This document shows positions 27,353-37,812 of a DNA stretch of 64,000 nt, piece after piece. The stretch is from Parcubacteria group bacterium RIFCSPLOWO2_01_FULL_48_18. Lineage in GTDB: Bacteria > Patescibacteriota > Minisyncoccia > UBA6257 > WO2-01-48-18. Numbering within the stretch: the first letter of the stretch is position 1; each line of letters opens with the position of its first letter. Below the pieces are notes generated by a model that made no database searches, was not told the DNA's origin, and saw only the letters and a program-made list of their open reading frames with translations. The position numbers and the translations under genes are program-made. Location: positions 14,970 through 78,969 of the forward strand of contig MHXH01000016.1 in the NCBI GenBank assembly GCA_001824435.1, written 5' to 3'.

Positions 27353-29272
27353 TTATTCGATGACCACCCGTTCGTATTCGGTTACGGTAGGGTCGTCGGG
27401 TACGTCGCTCCCGAGACCGATGTCGTATGATTCGGGCCGAGCGCCGGTGAATTCATCGGTGGCAATAAGACGCGTTTCTTTTACAAGCGGTACGTAGCCC
27501 CCTATGTTGAGAATTGAAGGAGTTGTTCGGACTTGGAATATCGCTTCTGCGGCTTCATCAACAACCCCTCGGTTCGCGTGCAGTTTGTCGATGCGCCACG
27601 TAACCTCGGATGTCCTTTCGTCGTACTTCGGCACGGTATTCGCCGTATTGCTTTTTACTGTGCCGGTCCATTCTACGCCAGCCTCCAGTGCGGTTCGTAC
27701 TTCGACGTTGCGCATATCGGCACCGTGCGTTTTTATGATCCAGTGGACGGTGAATTCGGTGGGCGCGTTTACCTTCATTGGCATCGGTCCCTTATTGAGG
27801 ATTCCGGATGCTGCGTCGCGGAATAGCGCCTTGGCATCGATCTCGACCCGGCCCGCAACTTTATTCTCCGCCTCGGCAACGGCAACCGTCTTTTCCGCGG
27901 CTACCAGTGAGGGAACCGTGGGAGATTCTACAATCACCTTAAGCTTGAGCGCATAGTTTTTATCATTAAGCCGTCGGGTGGGATAGGCGTCTTTGGTGTT
28001 TATGTCGAAATACACGACTCCTCCTGCATCTGCGGGAAGCGAGCGAAGCCCTGGGGTATTCGCGCCGTTCCACGTAAGCGTGTTGTTAATGCTTTCGAAA
28101 AAAGCCTTGGACTTGACCGTTTTGAGATTAAACAGTTCCCCGGAAAGTTGCGCCTTGATGATCACGTCGGCAAGCGCAACTCCGGTGTTATTTTCGTATG
28201 CGATTTCATACCGGATTGCGTCGGATAGTCGTGTCACGTAGTCGTTTTTTCCGTTAGCCGCTATGTTGACATAGATCGGTGAGGGCGCTATGGCAAATGA
28301 CGCTGACCTTCGGTCGATGACGACTGTTTTGTTCCATGCGGCTATTTCAAGGCGTGCGCCCACGTTGAAGAAAGTTCCCTCGTTGCCGTATGCTCTGCCG
28401 ACGATGGCGATCTTGTTCGTTTCTTGGTTGCTGACGAGCTCGAATTTCCAGACGTTGTTTTCTCCAGCCGCTTTTTTGTCAGACGAGAGGAATTCATAGT
28501 TGGTCGGATAGTCGAGCGTAAGGGTGACGTCGCGGAATACCTGGCTTGAGATGTTGCGGAACGAGAATTCGAGGCTGAACTCCTCTCCGCTAAGCACTTT
28601 GTTCGGAGACATGACGTCGAGCCTGAGCGCCGCCTCGCCGACGTTTATGACAAAGCGCGCTTCTTGGACGAACCGTGATGTAACACCAGCGGTCGCATAG
28701 GAAAACAATCCGCGAAGTTCTTTGGTGCTTTTTTCGCCTTTGAGCGGGACCAATTGGAACGTTTCTTGCGTAACGGCTCCGGCGTCGAGGTTTTCTAGTT
28801 CCTTGGCGATGATAGCTTGATCAAGCGCGCCTATTGCCTGGATGCCGTCCGGAAGGAATAGTTCGATCCTCGCGCCGGACAATGCCGACGGGGATTCGTT
28901 GGCGATATTTAGCCGTACCTCGAACGGTACGCCGAGAAGAACCTCGTCCGGTCCATCGATGATGAGCGAAGCGCCTTCGACGGTGCGGGACGTTGAAAGA
29001 TAGAAATATGCCGTTGCTGCGCCCCCAATGAGGGTAAGACCGAATAGGAAAATCGTGAGCTTGAGGAATGAAAACGGCGGCTTGGGAATCTTCGGTTTCT
29101 GCCGTTTTTGTTTTTTGCTGGAGGCGCTCATGGGGATTTCTTTTTGCGGACTGACGGGATCCATGGTGCCGTATGCTTCTTGTTGCTTGCGCACCAGCTC
29201 ACGGTAACGCGATCGGCGTTCTTCGGGTCCCGAGGGGCTGTAGAGTTCTTTTTCAAGATCTTCTAGTGACAA
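27353..29272 (-). CDS. Large membrane-anchored surface protein with repeated beta domains
   Basis: A basic cytoplasmic N-terminus and a single TM helix (LTIFLFGLTLIGGAATAYFYL) are followed by a ~550-aa strand-rich ectodomain. Confidence 0.45.
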   Translation of the reverse strand: MSLEDLEKELYSPSGPEERRSRYRELVRKQQEAYGTMDPVSPQKEIPMSASSKKQKRQKPKIPKPPFSFLKLTIFLFGLTLIGGAATAYFYLSTSRTVEGASLIIDGPDEVLLGVPFEVRLNIANESPSALSGARIELFLPDGIQAIGALDQAIIAKELENLDAGAVTQETFQLVPLKGEKSTKELRGLFSYATAGVTSRFVQEARFVINVGEAALRLDVMSPNKVLSGEEFSLEFSFRNISSQVFRDVTLTLDYPTNYEFLSSDKKAAGENNVWKFELVSNQETNKIAIVGRAYGNEGTFFNVGARLEIAAWNKTVVIDRRSASFAIAPSPIYVNIAANGKNDYVTRLSDAIRYEIAYENNTGVALADVIIKAQLSGELFNLKTVKSKAFFESINNTLTWNGANTPGLRSLPADAGGVVYFDINTKDAYPTRRLNDKNYALKLKVIVESPTVPSLVAAEKTVAVAEAENKVAGRVEIDAKALFRDAASGILNKGPMPMKVNAPTEFTVHWIIKTHGADMRNVEVRTALEAGVEWTGTVKSNTANTVPKYDERTSEVTWRIDKLHANRGVVDEAAEAIFQVRTTPSILNIGGYVPLVKETRLIATDEFTGARPESYDIGLGSDVPDDPTVTEYERVVIE

Positions 29273-29379
29273 GTTCTTGGAATTTGGAATCTTGAATTTG
29301 GAGCTCGGAAGCCCTAACCCTTGAACCCCGAATTCAGATTCTAATTCTAAATTCTAAATTCTAAATTCCAGATTCTTTT
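29273..29379. repeat. Heptamer tandem arrays (GAATTTG..., ATTCTAA x4)
   Basis: ggaatttggaatcttgaatttggag ... attctaattctaaattctaaattctaaattcc. Confidence 0.6.
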
Positions 29380-29847
29380 TTATTGGTAGCCGAAAGCTCT
29401 GTGCAGTTTATCATGGATTTGCGAAAAAATCTGCTCTCTCGAGATTGCGCTGGGCAGCGCTCCGGCCGCGACCGCTTGATCGAGGAGCCGGAGGGACCGC
29501 GAAACAGTTTCCCATAAGAGATCATTTTGTTCGAGCTCCGCAGCGTGTTCGCGGACAAAGGCAAGGATGCGGAGCGCTCCTGCGAAAACGACCGGATCAG
29601 ACCTGATGTGCCTAAATGAGATTTGCGTGAGCGCGTCCGCGATACAGGACCGTTTTTTTTCCACCAGCCTTCCCTCGATAAGGCGAAGCGGTTCAAGGTG
29701 GGGCCCCAATTTGGAAACGACCCTTTGGGCGCTTCGCGCAAGTGCGGTTATCTTCCCGAATTCTCTGGTGAGAATGGAAACAACACTGTCCGACTCCCCG
29801 GAAGTTTCTTTGGTCAGCGTGATGCCGATGAATATGTGGTCAATCAA
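29380..29847 (-). CDS. recO: RecO-like DNA repair protein (short)
   Basis: The N-terminal OB-fold segment IGITLTKETSGESDSVVSILTREFGKITALARSA resembles the RecO N-terminus. Confidence 0.4.
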   Translation of the reverse strand: MIDHIFIGITLTKETSGESDSVVSILTREFGKITALARSAQRVVSKLGPHLEPLRLIEGRLVEKKRSCIADALTQISFRHIRSDPVVFAGALRILAFVREHAAELEQNDLLWETVSRSLRLLDQAVAAGALPSAISREQIFSQIHDKLHRAFGYQ

Positions 29848-29944
29848 CCTAGCTTTTTAGCTTCTTAGCCTTTTAGGGAAGCTTGTCGATATGGCGTTCT
29901 CAACAGCTCTAATAAGCTACAAGCTAGTAAGCCACCAGCCTTAC
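29848..29944. repeat. Tandem array (AGCTTTTTAG/CTTCTTAG/CCTTTTAGG) plus AGCTACAAGCTA motif shared with the VirB4-splitting element
   Basis: Direct reading. Confidence 0.55.
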
Positions 29945-30799
29945 CTATGGAGTAGTGGTAGTGGTGGCATATCGCCATTGTGTTCCGTCGCAAATCGCGA
30001 GTTTGTTGACGCTGCCGGCGAGGAAGAACAACCTGCCGGTTTCTCCTGCTGCGTCGCAGTCGCTGGCAGTAGCGCTGCTCCTAAAGCCGATCTGAAGATA
30101 GGCGCTGGAGGTTACATGGAATGCGCTGGTTGGAGAAGTTCCGACGCCAATCCCGACAAGGCTGGACGCGGGGTTTACATAAAAGAATGGAGCGCTGCCG
30201 ACGCTTATAGTTCCGTCGATAGATGTATTGCCGGCGAAATAGCCGTCCTGCCATTTTTGCCCTGAAGCGCCGACGTGTTTGCCGCTTGCGTTGGGAAGCA
30301 GGTCGGAATCAAAGGTTACCGCCGATACTTTTGAAATGGCAGAGCGCAGGGTCTTGGTGAACGCCCGCGTTGGGTCGGTAGTATTATATGACAGCGTCAG
30401 GTTTATTTGCACCGTATCCTTTGCCGGAGGATTGGAGAATTTTGTAAACGTAAGCTGGTCAACGGTTGTTTTGCTGTCTGTAAGCGCCACGTCAGCGCCA
30501 GACCCCTCTTTGACATAAATGATGTTGCTGTTAACGAAAATCCTGGTAGGATCTTTTGCGGTTTCCTCCATCCGCAGTATCAGCGACGAGCTGGCATCTT
30601 CGATAAGCGAGGCGTTACGGACGAGCCGTTGAATAGTTTGCATGATGAAATTTGACTGATCGGTCACTTCGACCGCCGCCGATTCTCTTCCCTGAATTCT
30701 CAAGCTGCTATATAGAATGCCGACCAAAAAGATGCTTCCGATGACAAAAAGCGAAACATAGAGGAGAAGCTCTACAAATGAAAAACCGCGGATACTCAT
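29945..30799 (-). CDS. Type IV pilin / pseudopilin-like protein with a prepilin N-terminal cleavage/methylation motif
   Basis: MSIRG|FSFVELLLYVSLFVIGSIFLVGILY matches the G/FxxxE prepilin signature. The start is at MSIRGF (30799) rather than the track's 30868. Confidence 0.65.
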   Translation of the reverse strand: MSIRGFSFVELLLYVSLFVIGSIFLVGILYSSLRIQGRESAAVEVTDQSNFIMQTIQRLVRNASLIEDASSSLILRMEETAKDPTRIFVNSNIIYVKEGSGADVALTDSKTTVDQLTFTKFSNPPAKDTVQINLTLSYNTTDPTRAFTKTLRSAISKVSAVTFDSDLLPNASGKHVGASGQKWQDGYFAGNTSIDGTISVGSAPFFYVNPASSLVGIGVGTSPTSAFHVTSSAYLQIGFRSSATASDCDAAGETGRLFFLAGSVNKLAICDGTQWRYATTTTTP

Positions 30800-30897
30800 A
30801 AATGTGGAACGCGTTTTGCTGTAAGCGTTGACCGAAGAGCGGCGTTTGGGCGTAGCCAAGCGCCGCATAGTATTAGTATAGCATAAAGAAAGGACGG

Positions 30898-32220
30898 TTA
30901 GAAAAGGGTATGCTGTCCGGCGGCGGATTCCTTTTCGTCTTCGTCGAAAATTTTGACCTTTCCGTACTCGCCGTCATATCCCGGCATGATACGAAGCCGT
31001 CCTTCGCGCACCCTCCCAATGGCCTCTGCGATTTTCGGACGCGCCGAAGATAGAAGATCCGGGATCGGAACATCGAGGAGCACCGACAATTCGCTGTTAA
31101 ACGTTTTGACGAGCGATTCGTATTCCAGCTTTACCGCCTTTGAAGACGTTCCCAGGCCTAGAGATTCGGCGACTATCTCATCCAGCGGGACGAGATTTTT
31201 GAAGGGAATGCGCCTTGAGTTGCGGTACGCCTGCGGCCGATCGGCCAGCTGTTCTACTCTATTCATCACGCCGATGGTAAGAGGTTTGCCGCACGCCGGG
31301 CAGGTGTTCTTGCGCTGTTTTGATTCTTGCGGCGCATAAACGATGCCGCAGGTCCGGTGGCCGTCAAAATGATATTTTCCTTCTTCCGGAAAAAACTCGA
31401 GTGTCATCAAAAACGCAGACGTACGCGGACTTGAAACGCCCGCCTGACTGGCGGGTAGGGATTCACGCGGGATCCCGCTTTTTATAGCATCCACGATGCC
31501 CGCATACGACAGTTCGGTATCAAAAACATTCGCTTCTCGGCCGATGCGCCTCAAGCTGTGCGAGTCAGAGTTTGAAACAATAGATACGGCATCAAGCTTT
31601 GATAGCCGCCAGTTCATTTGGGGGTCTGACGACAGGCCCGTCTCGACCGCGTAGATATATTTTGTGTGTTCTCCAAAACATTCCTCCAATGAATCAAAGC
31701 CGGACATTGATCCGAAGACGGAGAACCAGGGAGTCCAAATATGCGCCGGGATAAACAAACAGTTTTCATTTGATCCAAGGACGATTTTAAGAGCTTCTTC
31801 GCTGTCGAGGCCGAGGATTGGCCGGCCGTCTGATGCGAGGTTGCCGATCCAGCCTAATTTGGCGTTGATCGCTTCGACTGTCTCGAAATTCGGAGCAAAG
31901 ATGAGATTATGGACGCGCCGAGTTTTTCCGCCTCGTCGGTAGATATTTGAAATCTCCGCGGTAAGCATAAACCGCGTTTGCGCGAATGTTCCCTTGAGCG
32001 TCTTCTCTTTGTATTTTTCTTTCAGCTTGAATAGGCCCGGTTCCGCGGGTTCCAGTTTCTCTTTTAATTCTTTGATCCACCCCGGATGCGTAAAATCTCC
32101 GGTGCCCATGACGAGAATTCCTTTGTCGTCGGCCCAGCGATCCAGTTCTTCGGGTACCATGTCTTTTGAGGTGGCACGGGAGTATTTGGAGTGTATTTGA
32201 AGGTCGGCGATAAACCTCAT
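30898..32220 (-). CDS. PHP-domain protein of the endonuclease Q-like family
   Basis: The N-terminus reads ADLQIHSKYSRATS. A CPACGK zinc-ribbon-like motif lies near the C-terminus. Confidence 0.4.
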   Translation of the reverse strand: MRFIADLQIHSKYSRATSKDMVPEELDRWADDKGILVMGTGDFTHPGWIKELKEKLEPAEPGLFKLKEKYKEKTLKGTFAQTRFMLTAEISNIYRRGGKTRRVHNLIFAPNFETVEAINAKLGWIGNLASDGRPILGLDSEEALKIVLGSNENCLFIPAHIWTPWFSVFGSMSGFDSLEECFGEHTKYIYAVETGLSSDPQMNWRLSKLDAVSIVSNSDSHSLRRIGREANVFDTELSYAGIVDAIKSGIPRESLPASQAGVSSPRTSAFLMTLEFFPEEGKYHFDGHRTCGIVYAPQESKQRKNTCPACGKPLTIGVMNRVEQLADRPQAYRNSRRIPFKNLVPLDEIVAESLGLGTSSKAVKLEYESLVKTFNSELSVLLDVPIPDLLSSARPKIAEAIGRVREGRLRIMPGYDGEYGKVKIFDEDEKESAAGQHTLF

Positions 32221-32310
32221 ACAGACTTACTATATCATGTTCGAGAAGTTTTCATAAACGCGCGTATTTCATATTCCACAGCCGCGAGGTATAATGAAAA
32301 ACATAAACCT

Positions 32311-33168
32311 ATGGGTCATCGGCCGATTCCAAGACTTGACCGGAAAAAGCGTTACTTGCAGGTAGCGCTCAACAGCACGCTCGGTCAGGCAAAGAAAATC
32401 ATCGATCAGCTTCCGGCAAGCGACCGAATTTTAATTGAGGTAGGAACTCCGCTCATTAAGCGGTACGGAATGAACGCCGTAGAAAAGCTGAATAAGTGGT
32501 GGAGATGGCGGATTTCCGGAAGCTGGGGGGTAGGTAGCGATTCTTTCGTCCGCGTAGAATCTTTAGAGCAGCCCCATAGCTTGGGAGAAGCAGTCGGTTT
32601 GATGGAGGAACTGTTTGGGGCATATCGAAATGTTGGCGTGTCGAAATACCGAAACATTGCGCATCCTGTGCAGTCGGCGCCGGCGCCCTTCGTTCCGTAC
32701 GTTGTTGCCGACATAAAAACAATGGATCGCGGAGAGACCGAGGTACAAATGTCAGCGAGAGCAGGCGCAAGCGGCGTCATTGCGCTTGGAACTGCGCCGG
32801 CAGAAACCCTCAATGCGTTTGTTGAAGCCTGCGACAAATACAAGGTGGACGCAATGATCGACATGATGAACGTTGAATATCCGCTGGCGACGCTTAGGAA
32901 ACTGAAAAAGCAGCCGGCAGTGGTGTTGCTTCATCGTGGGGTAGACGAAGAACAATTCAATAAAGAAAAACAAATTCCCCTGCACGAGATCAGGAGGATT
33001 AAAGGGAATTACGATATAATGATTTCAATTGCCGGGGGCGATACTCTTCGCGAGGCGCAGCGGGCGATTTTCAACGACGCGGACATCGTCGTGATTTGGA
33101 AGTCGGTGTATCAGAGTGTAGCCGACACCGCGAAGCTGGTTCAAGAATTCTTGAAAGAAATAAAATAG
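32311..33168 (+). CDS. 3-hexulose-6-phosphate synthase / OMP-decarboxylase-fold (KGPDC) family protein with a ~60-aa insertion
   Basis: LQVALNSTL...ILIEVGTPLIK...VVADIKTMD...IAGGDTL tracks the HPS motifs. The start is set at ATG 32311, with a TATAAT ~16 nt upstream. Confidence 0.45.
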   Translation: MGHRPIPRLDRKKRYLQVALNSTLGQAKKIIDQLPASDRILIEVGTPLIKRYGMNAVEKLNKWWRWRISGSWGVGSDSFVRVESLEQPHSLGEAVGLMEELFGAYRNVGVSKYRNIAHPVQSAPAPFVPYVVADIKTMDRGETEVQMSARAGASGVIALGTAPAETLNAFVEACDKYKVDAMIDMMNVEYPLATLRKLKKQPAVVLLHRGVDEEQFNKEKQIPLHEIRRIKGNYDIMISIAGGDTLREAQRAIFNDADIVVIWKSVYQSVADTAKLVQEFLKEIK

Positions 33169-33181
33169 GGGCGAAAGGATT

Positions 33182-33439
33182 TTAAAAAGATAGAATAGTT
33201 CCCCTGCTGACATCTTCTTTTTTGACGTCGCTAAGAAGAATACCGGCGCTTTCGCCGGCACGAAGGGCATCCGCCTTCCTGTTAAACACCTCTATCGATT
33301 TTACCCCCGAGGTCTTCCCGTTTATTTCTGTGCCCATCCCCGGCTTGAGTTCGCCCGATAAAAGTTTACCAGCCACCACAACCCCCCTTCCTTCTATATA
33401 AAATACGTCTTGGATTTCAAATTCTGCTTGGTGGTTCAT
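33182..33439 (-). CDS. Stand-alone EF-Tu domain-2-like beta-barrel protein (85 aa)
   Basis: GRGVVVAGKLLSGELKPGMGTEI... resembles domain II of translational GTPases. Confidence 0.35.
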   Translation of the reverse strand: MNHQAEFEIQDVFYIEGRGVVVAGKLLSGELKPGMGTEINGKTSGVKSIEVFNRKADALRAGESAGILLSDVKKEDVSRGTILSF

Positions 33440-33448
33440 GACGGTTGT

Positions 33449-34219
33449 CTATTTATGTGATTTTTCTTTCAAAAATTCCGTGAGGGTTTTTACCCCTTCA
33501 AAGAATTCTATGGGCATTGCGAAGATAACGGTTTTAGACGGGTCCGGATTGATTTTTTCGATCGTCTGAAGCGTTCGCATTGAGAGGCCTCCGGGCGCTT
33601 CGCTGATGACGCGAGCAGCCTTTGCCAGTTTTTCTGAAGCCGCATATTCGCCCTCGGCGCGGATAATAACTGCGCGCCGCTCCCGTTCTGATTCTGCCTG
33701 TTTTGCCATGACGCGTTTCATGTCCGCCGGAAGCTCTATGTCTTGTATTTTGATTGTTGAGACATCAATGCCCCACGGCTCGGTGGCAACATCAACGAGC
33801 TTTTTAATATCGCCGGCCACCTTGTCGCGTTCGGACAGGAGCGTGTCCAGTTCTATTCCGCCGATAATGTCTCGAAGCGTTGCCTGGGCGTAGAGCGCAA
33901 CCGCCTCCCGAAAATTTTTGATTTCGAGCATTGCTTTCTCGGCATTGTCCACCTTGAAATAGACCACGGCGTTGATGCCAACCGTTACGTTGTCTTTCGT
34001 GATGACCTCTTGTTGAGGAATATCCACCGTGTCGATACGCAGATCCGTTTTTAACATCCGTTGCAGTCCTGGGAAAATCCACGTGAGGCCTGGATTGCGG
34101 GTGCTCGTGTATCTGCCCAACGTCAACACCACGCCGCGTTCATATTGATCGATGATCCGCAGCCCCGGCAAGACGAAAAAGAAAATAACGACGACAAACG
34201 GAATGAGTAAAAACCCCAT
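33449..34219 (-). CDS. SPFH/band-7 (stomatin/prohibitin-like) membrane protein
   Basis: An N-terminal TM helix followed by an SPFH core. Confidence 0.7.
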   Translation of the reverse strand: MGFLLIPFVVVIFFFVLPGLRIIDQYERGVVLTLGRYTSTRNPGLTWIFPGLQRMLKTDLRIDTVDIPQQEVITKDNVTVGINAVVYFKVDNAEKAMLEIKNFREAVALYAQATLRDIIGGIELDTLLSERDKVAGDIKKLVDVATEPWGIDVSTIKIQDIELPADMKRVMAKQAESERERRAVIIRAEGEYAASEKLAKAARVISEAPGGLSMRTLQTIEKINPDPSKTVIFAMPIEFFEGVKTLTEFLKEKSHK

Positions 34220-34256
34220 GGTCTGATTATACCGCTTTTAAGCGGGCAGCGCAGCC

Positions 34257-34679
34257 CTATTTGTGAATAAGTTTTCCTGCCCGTTCTACAATCTCTTCGG
34301 GCAATAACTCTGACTTTACCAGGTAGTCGAGCGCGCCCAGTTTTTTTGTCTGGGCCTCGTATGCATCGCGGCCGAGATTGCTGATGACCGCGATCGGTAT
34401 ATGAGCGGTTTCCGGATCGCTTTTGAGTTTGCGTAGAAGTCGTATTCCGGAAAATTCGAGATTGTGACTGTCTTTTAACGAGGTGCTTTCCATAAAGGGT
34501 TTGTCGCTGCCGAGGACGAGATCGAGAAGGATTATGTCCGGCTTGCCGTCGCGCGCGGCCAAGAGTCCGTTTTTTGCGTCGCGCGCCTCAATAACCTCGA
34601 AATCCGAAAGCGAGAATTTGGTTTTCAGCATGAGCATGTCTTCGGCCTCGTCTTCGATGATAAGGATGCGATTTGGCAT
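34257..34679 (-). CDS. Single-domain response regulator (CheY-like receiver)
   Basis: ILIIEDE...DIILLDL...K motifs, with no output domain. Confidence 0.7.
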   Translation of the reverse strand: MPNRILIIEDEAEDMLMLKTKFSLSDFEVIEARDAKNGLLAARDGKPDIILLDLVLGSDKPFMESTSLKDSHNLEFSGIRLLRKLKSDPETAHIPIAVISNLGRDAYEAQTKKLGALDYLVKSELLPEEIVERAGKLIHK

Positions 34680-34681
34680 TA

Positions 34682-34760
34682 CGATTTGAGTTGAGAGTCA
34701 TGAGTTGAAGGCCGTCAGGCTCAAGATGGCCAGCAGATTGCAACTCCCATAACTTACAAT
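34682..34760. repeat. Diverged copy of the AAGTTG-type inverted-repeat element between the response regulator and histidine kinase genes
   Basis: The left end is gagttgagagtcatgagttgaagg and the right end is ttgcaactcccataacttacaa. Confidence 0.4.
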
Positions 34761-34761
34761 T

Positions 34762-36963
34762 TTAGCTCTGTGGTTGAGGATTAATTGGCATATCGACCAC
34801 GAAGGTGGTTCCTTTGCCGATCCCTTCGCTCTTTGCCGTGAGCGTTCCTCTATGTTCCTCGATAATCTTTTTCACGACGTACAGACCGAGGCCTGTTCCG
34901 CTGGAAGCAACCCGTATTGCTTCGTCGGTGCGATAGAATTTCTGGAATAACTTGCCGACATCTTCCGGTTTAATACCGATGCCGGTATCTGAAACAATGC
35001 AGCGCCAGCGTCCTGTTGTTTTCTCCAGCGAAATCGTTACCGACCCCCCAGGTGTATACTTGATTGCATTGTCGATCAGGTTATACAGGGCCTCGTGGAG
35101 GTGTTTACGATCGAAGCGAGCTTGAAGAGAATCTTGATCTTGGCGATGCTCTAGCTGGAGTTTTTTTGCTTCTGCCGGTTGGCGTAGTTCTTCCACAATT
35201 TTTTTCACGAATGCGTATGCGTCAGCCTCTTCTAATTTTAGCTTCAGCCCCCCGCCTTCGATATATGCCGTGTTGAGCAGGTCGTTAATGAGCGCCGCCA
35301 GGCGATTGGCGGATTCGTAGATACTGGTTAAGAATGAAGCCCTGGTTTTTTCATCTACTTCATTTTTGATGATCATCGACATCATGCCCCTGATGACCGT
35401 TGTGGGGGTGCGTAGTTGGTGGGAGGCCATGTTGAGAAAATCCGTTTTGAGCTTGCTTAGCTCCTCGAGGTGCGTATTCGCCTTTTCCAGTTCCTTATTG
35501 CGTTGATCTAATGCGGCAGTGGCGTCCTTCACTTTTTTTTCAAGGTCTTTGTTGACGCTTTGAAGGTATGCGGAGAGCGCCTTGGTTTCGTCGTAGAGAA
35601 GCGCGTTCTCGAGCGCGACGGAAACTTGGCGGGAGAACAGCTCGAGCCGCTCGAGATCATGATCGGTGAAGTCCCCAACCATTTTAGGGCCGACTGTCGC
35701 AGCTCCGCCGAGCTCGTCCTTGACGACGAACGGAATAAATAGGCGTACGTTTTGATCCTCGAAGCTTCTCTTGAGCTGTTCGACGTCCGATTTCAGCCCC
35801 CCGCCATACAGGTTTATGAACGAGAAGAGGTCTTCCAGGAAAAGGATTTTTTTGTTGTGCTTGAGCGATCGGATGATAATATTGTCCGCGTAATTGAAAA
35901 TGGGGGCTCCCGGATCGTAACCGAGAATTTTAGATGCGTCGATGTTGTTCGTTTCGCCGCCCCTGATCAACATGGCTACCCGCTCAACGCCGAGTATTTT
36001 TTTGAGCACGAATGTTCCCGTTTCAACGAGCTGGGTGAGATCTAGAATGTATGCCAATCTTTTAATGTCTTCGTCAGCATCTTCTTCCGTGTGCTCGCCA
36101 GGCCGCAACCTCGATGTATAGAAATACGAGAAAACTCTGATGCAGAGGGCGAATGTGGTGATGCCAACGGCTGCGAGGACCATGTATTTGAGGAATTCAT
36201 TCGTGGTAATAAAACCTGGCGCTGCCCAGAACGCCGTTGCGGCAATCAGGCTCGCTGTTGCCGCAGCAGATCCGTATACGAAGACGCGGCGGAGAAACTC
36301 TTCTACGTTAAGGAACCGTTTAGTGATAACCGCATAGACGCCAAGCGGTACAGCTGGGGCAAGTAATATGTACGGATAAAGAAAAACCGGCATGCGATAT
36401 AGAAAAAGGAAAAAGGCGGCGGCACCTATGATATAAAGTATGAGCGCCAGCTGGAGATATTTTAATCTAAGGCGAAGAAAACCTTGTGCGTATTTGAGGC
36501 GCCCTCGTATTTGGTAGAGGAGGAAAAAGAGCAACACAAGGCAAAGGGCGTTCAATGCATACAGGCCGGTCGTCCGACCTGGGAAGAAATCAACTTGTTC
36601 CGGCGCTGACGAAATGATCAGCGGCGTAAAGTTAATGATGAAGAAAAACGCAAATGCTCCGTATGAAGCCATGACCAGGATTGGTCTTTTCTGTCCCTGC
36701 CCCGTGATCCGGTGGACCAGATGTACGTATGTGGAAACGGCAATAATGACCCCGACGACGGAGAGCCGCAACCATAGGAGCGCTTCATGTTCTGAAATTG
36801 CGCGGAACCACAGAAAAGATGCGCCGGCCCATATGGTAATGCCCGCTGCCGATGCAGCCGAGAAGAACTTGTTTTTATTGAGGCCGCCGCGCCAGAGAGC
36901 ATAGATTGTCGATGACAAACCAGAAATGAAGTTTACGGCGGCAAGAAAACCAAATACGCCCAT
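34762..36963 (-). CDS. Sensor histidine kinase (polytopic N-terminus, HisKA + HATPase_c)
   Basis: H-box ASHQLRTP, plus N, G1 and G2 boxes (DTGIGI, GTGLGL). Confidence 0.75.
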   Translation of the reverse strand: MGVFGFLAAVNFISGLSSTIYALWRGGLNKNKFFSAASAAGITIWAGASFLWFRAISEHEALLWLRLSVVGVIIAVSTYVHLVHRITGQGQKRPILVMASYGAFAFFFIINFTPLIISSAPEQVDFFPGRTTGLYALNALCLVLLFFLLYQIRGRLKYAQGFLRLRLKYLQLALILYIIGAAAFFLFLYRMPVFLYPYILLAPAVPLGVYAVITKRFLNVEEFLRRVFVYGSAAATASLIAATAFWAAPGFITTNEFLKYMVLAAVGITTFALCIRVFSYFYTSRLRPGEHTEEDADEDIKRLAYILDLTQLVETGTFVLKKILGVERVAMLIRGGETNNIDASKILGYDPGAPIFNYADNIIIRSLKHNKKILFLEDLFSFINLYGGGLKSDVEQLKRSFEDQNVRLFIPFVVKDELGGAATVGPKMVGDFTDHDLERLELFSRQVSVALENALLYDETKALSAYLQSVNKDLEKKVKDATAALDQRNKELEKANTHLEELSKLKTDFLNMASHQLRTPTTVIRGMMSMIIKNEVDEKTRASFLTSIYESANRLAALINDLLNTAYIEGGGLKLKLEEADAYAFVKKIVEELRQPAEAKKLQLEHRQDQDSLQARFDRKHLHEALYNLIDNAIKYTPGGSVTISLEKTTGRWRCIVSDTGIGIKPEDVGKLFQKFYRTDEAIRVASSGTGLGLYVVKKIIEEHRGTLTAKSEGIGKGTTFVVDMPINPQPQS

Positions 36964-37134
36964 ATTTCAATTATGGATAATTTATGCGTTTTCCGCTAAT
37001 AAGCGGTATTGCCGTAGTCCCTGCATTTGTGGACATCGGCGTCCACAAAGGTACTTAATAATACTATCGGTCTCTCGCTGCTTGGGAGAAGGGATATTTG
37101 AAAATCGAAGAAGCTTAAAAGGACAAGGCGGTAT

Positions 37135-37812
37135 CTATGGTCCGCCCCCTATATATGCATCGGGTTCGGCGAATTTGACGATATTCTTTCTTTGAAACGC
37201 CTCGATCCAGCGATCCTCTTCTCCGGCGGGAACTCGCACCAGTCCCCAATTGAAGTTTGGCGCGCCGACAACCGGTTCCGGAAAATGCGGTTCCCATGTC
37301 AGCTGGAATGAACGAACGACGTTGTGCGCTTGCTCGACCGTTGCGTCCTCTTTAAATACCACGATAATTTGTCCCTCTTTGTACGCCTTTGCCGGTAGAT
37401 CCGCGTCGACTGTCTTCAATTTTTCGAAATAATATACTGCGGAACCCATTCCCGAAACAGTCAGGGCTATTAGTATATAAAACGCCGTAATTTTTACCGC
37501 TTGAGGTCGTAATGCTCGAGATGCGCCGTATAAAATAAGCGTAGTGATTAGCAGATCAACGGTGATATAGTATAGCGGCGGTGGCATGTACCGGCACATT
37601 TGAATTGCAGCCGGTGTATAATCTGGACGCCCGAATGGGTATAAGAATCCGAATGGCGGCGCAGCGTTTCCGCAAGGAACCGCCAAGAAGAAATAGGAGG
37701 CGCCAATGACTACCGCGTCGAACAGGAATAACACGAAAAAAGCACGATCCAATTTTGTCGGAAACATTCGCCATAGCAGATGCAACACGTTGTACAATGA
37801 TTTGGTATTCAT
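37135..37812 (-). CDS. Hypothetical polytopic membrane protein
   Basis: ~5 hydrophobic helices followed by a soluble C-terminal domain. Confidence 0.4.
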   Translation of the reverse strand: MNTKSLYNVLHLLWRMFPTKLDRAFFVLFLFDAVVIGASYFFLAVPCGNAAPPFGFLYPFGRPDYTPAAIQMCRYMPPPLYYITVDLLITTLILYGASRALRPQAVKITAFYILIALTVSGMGSAVYYFEKLKTVDADLPAKAYKEGQIIVVFKEDATVEQAHNVVRSFQLTWEPHFPEPVVGAPNFNWGLVRVPAGEEDRWIEAFQRKNIVKFAEPDAYIGGGP

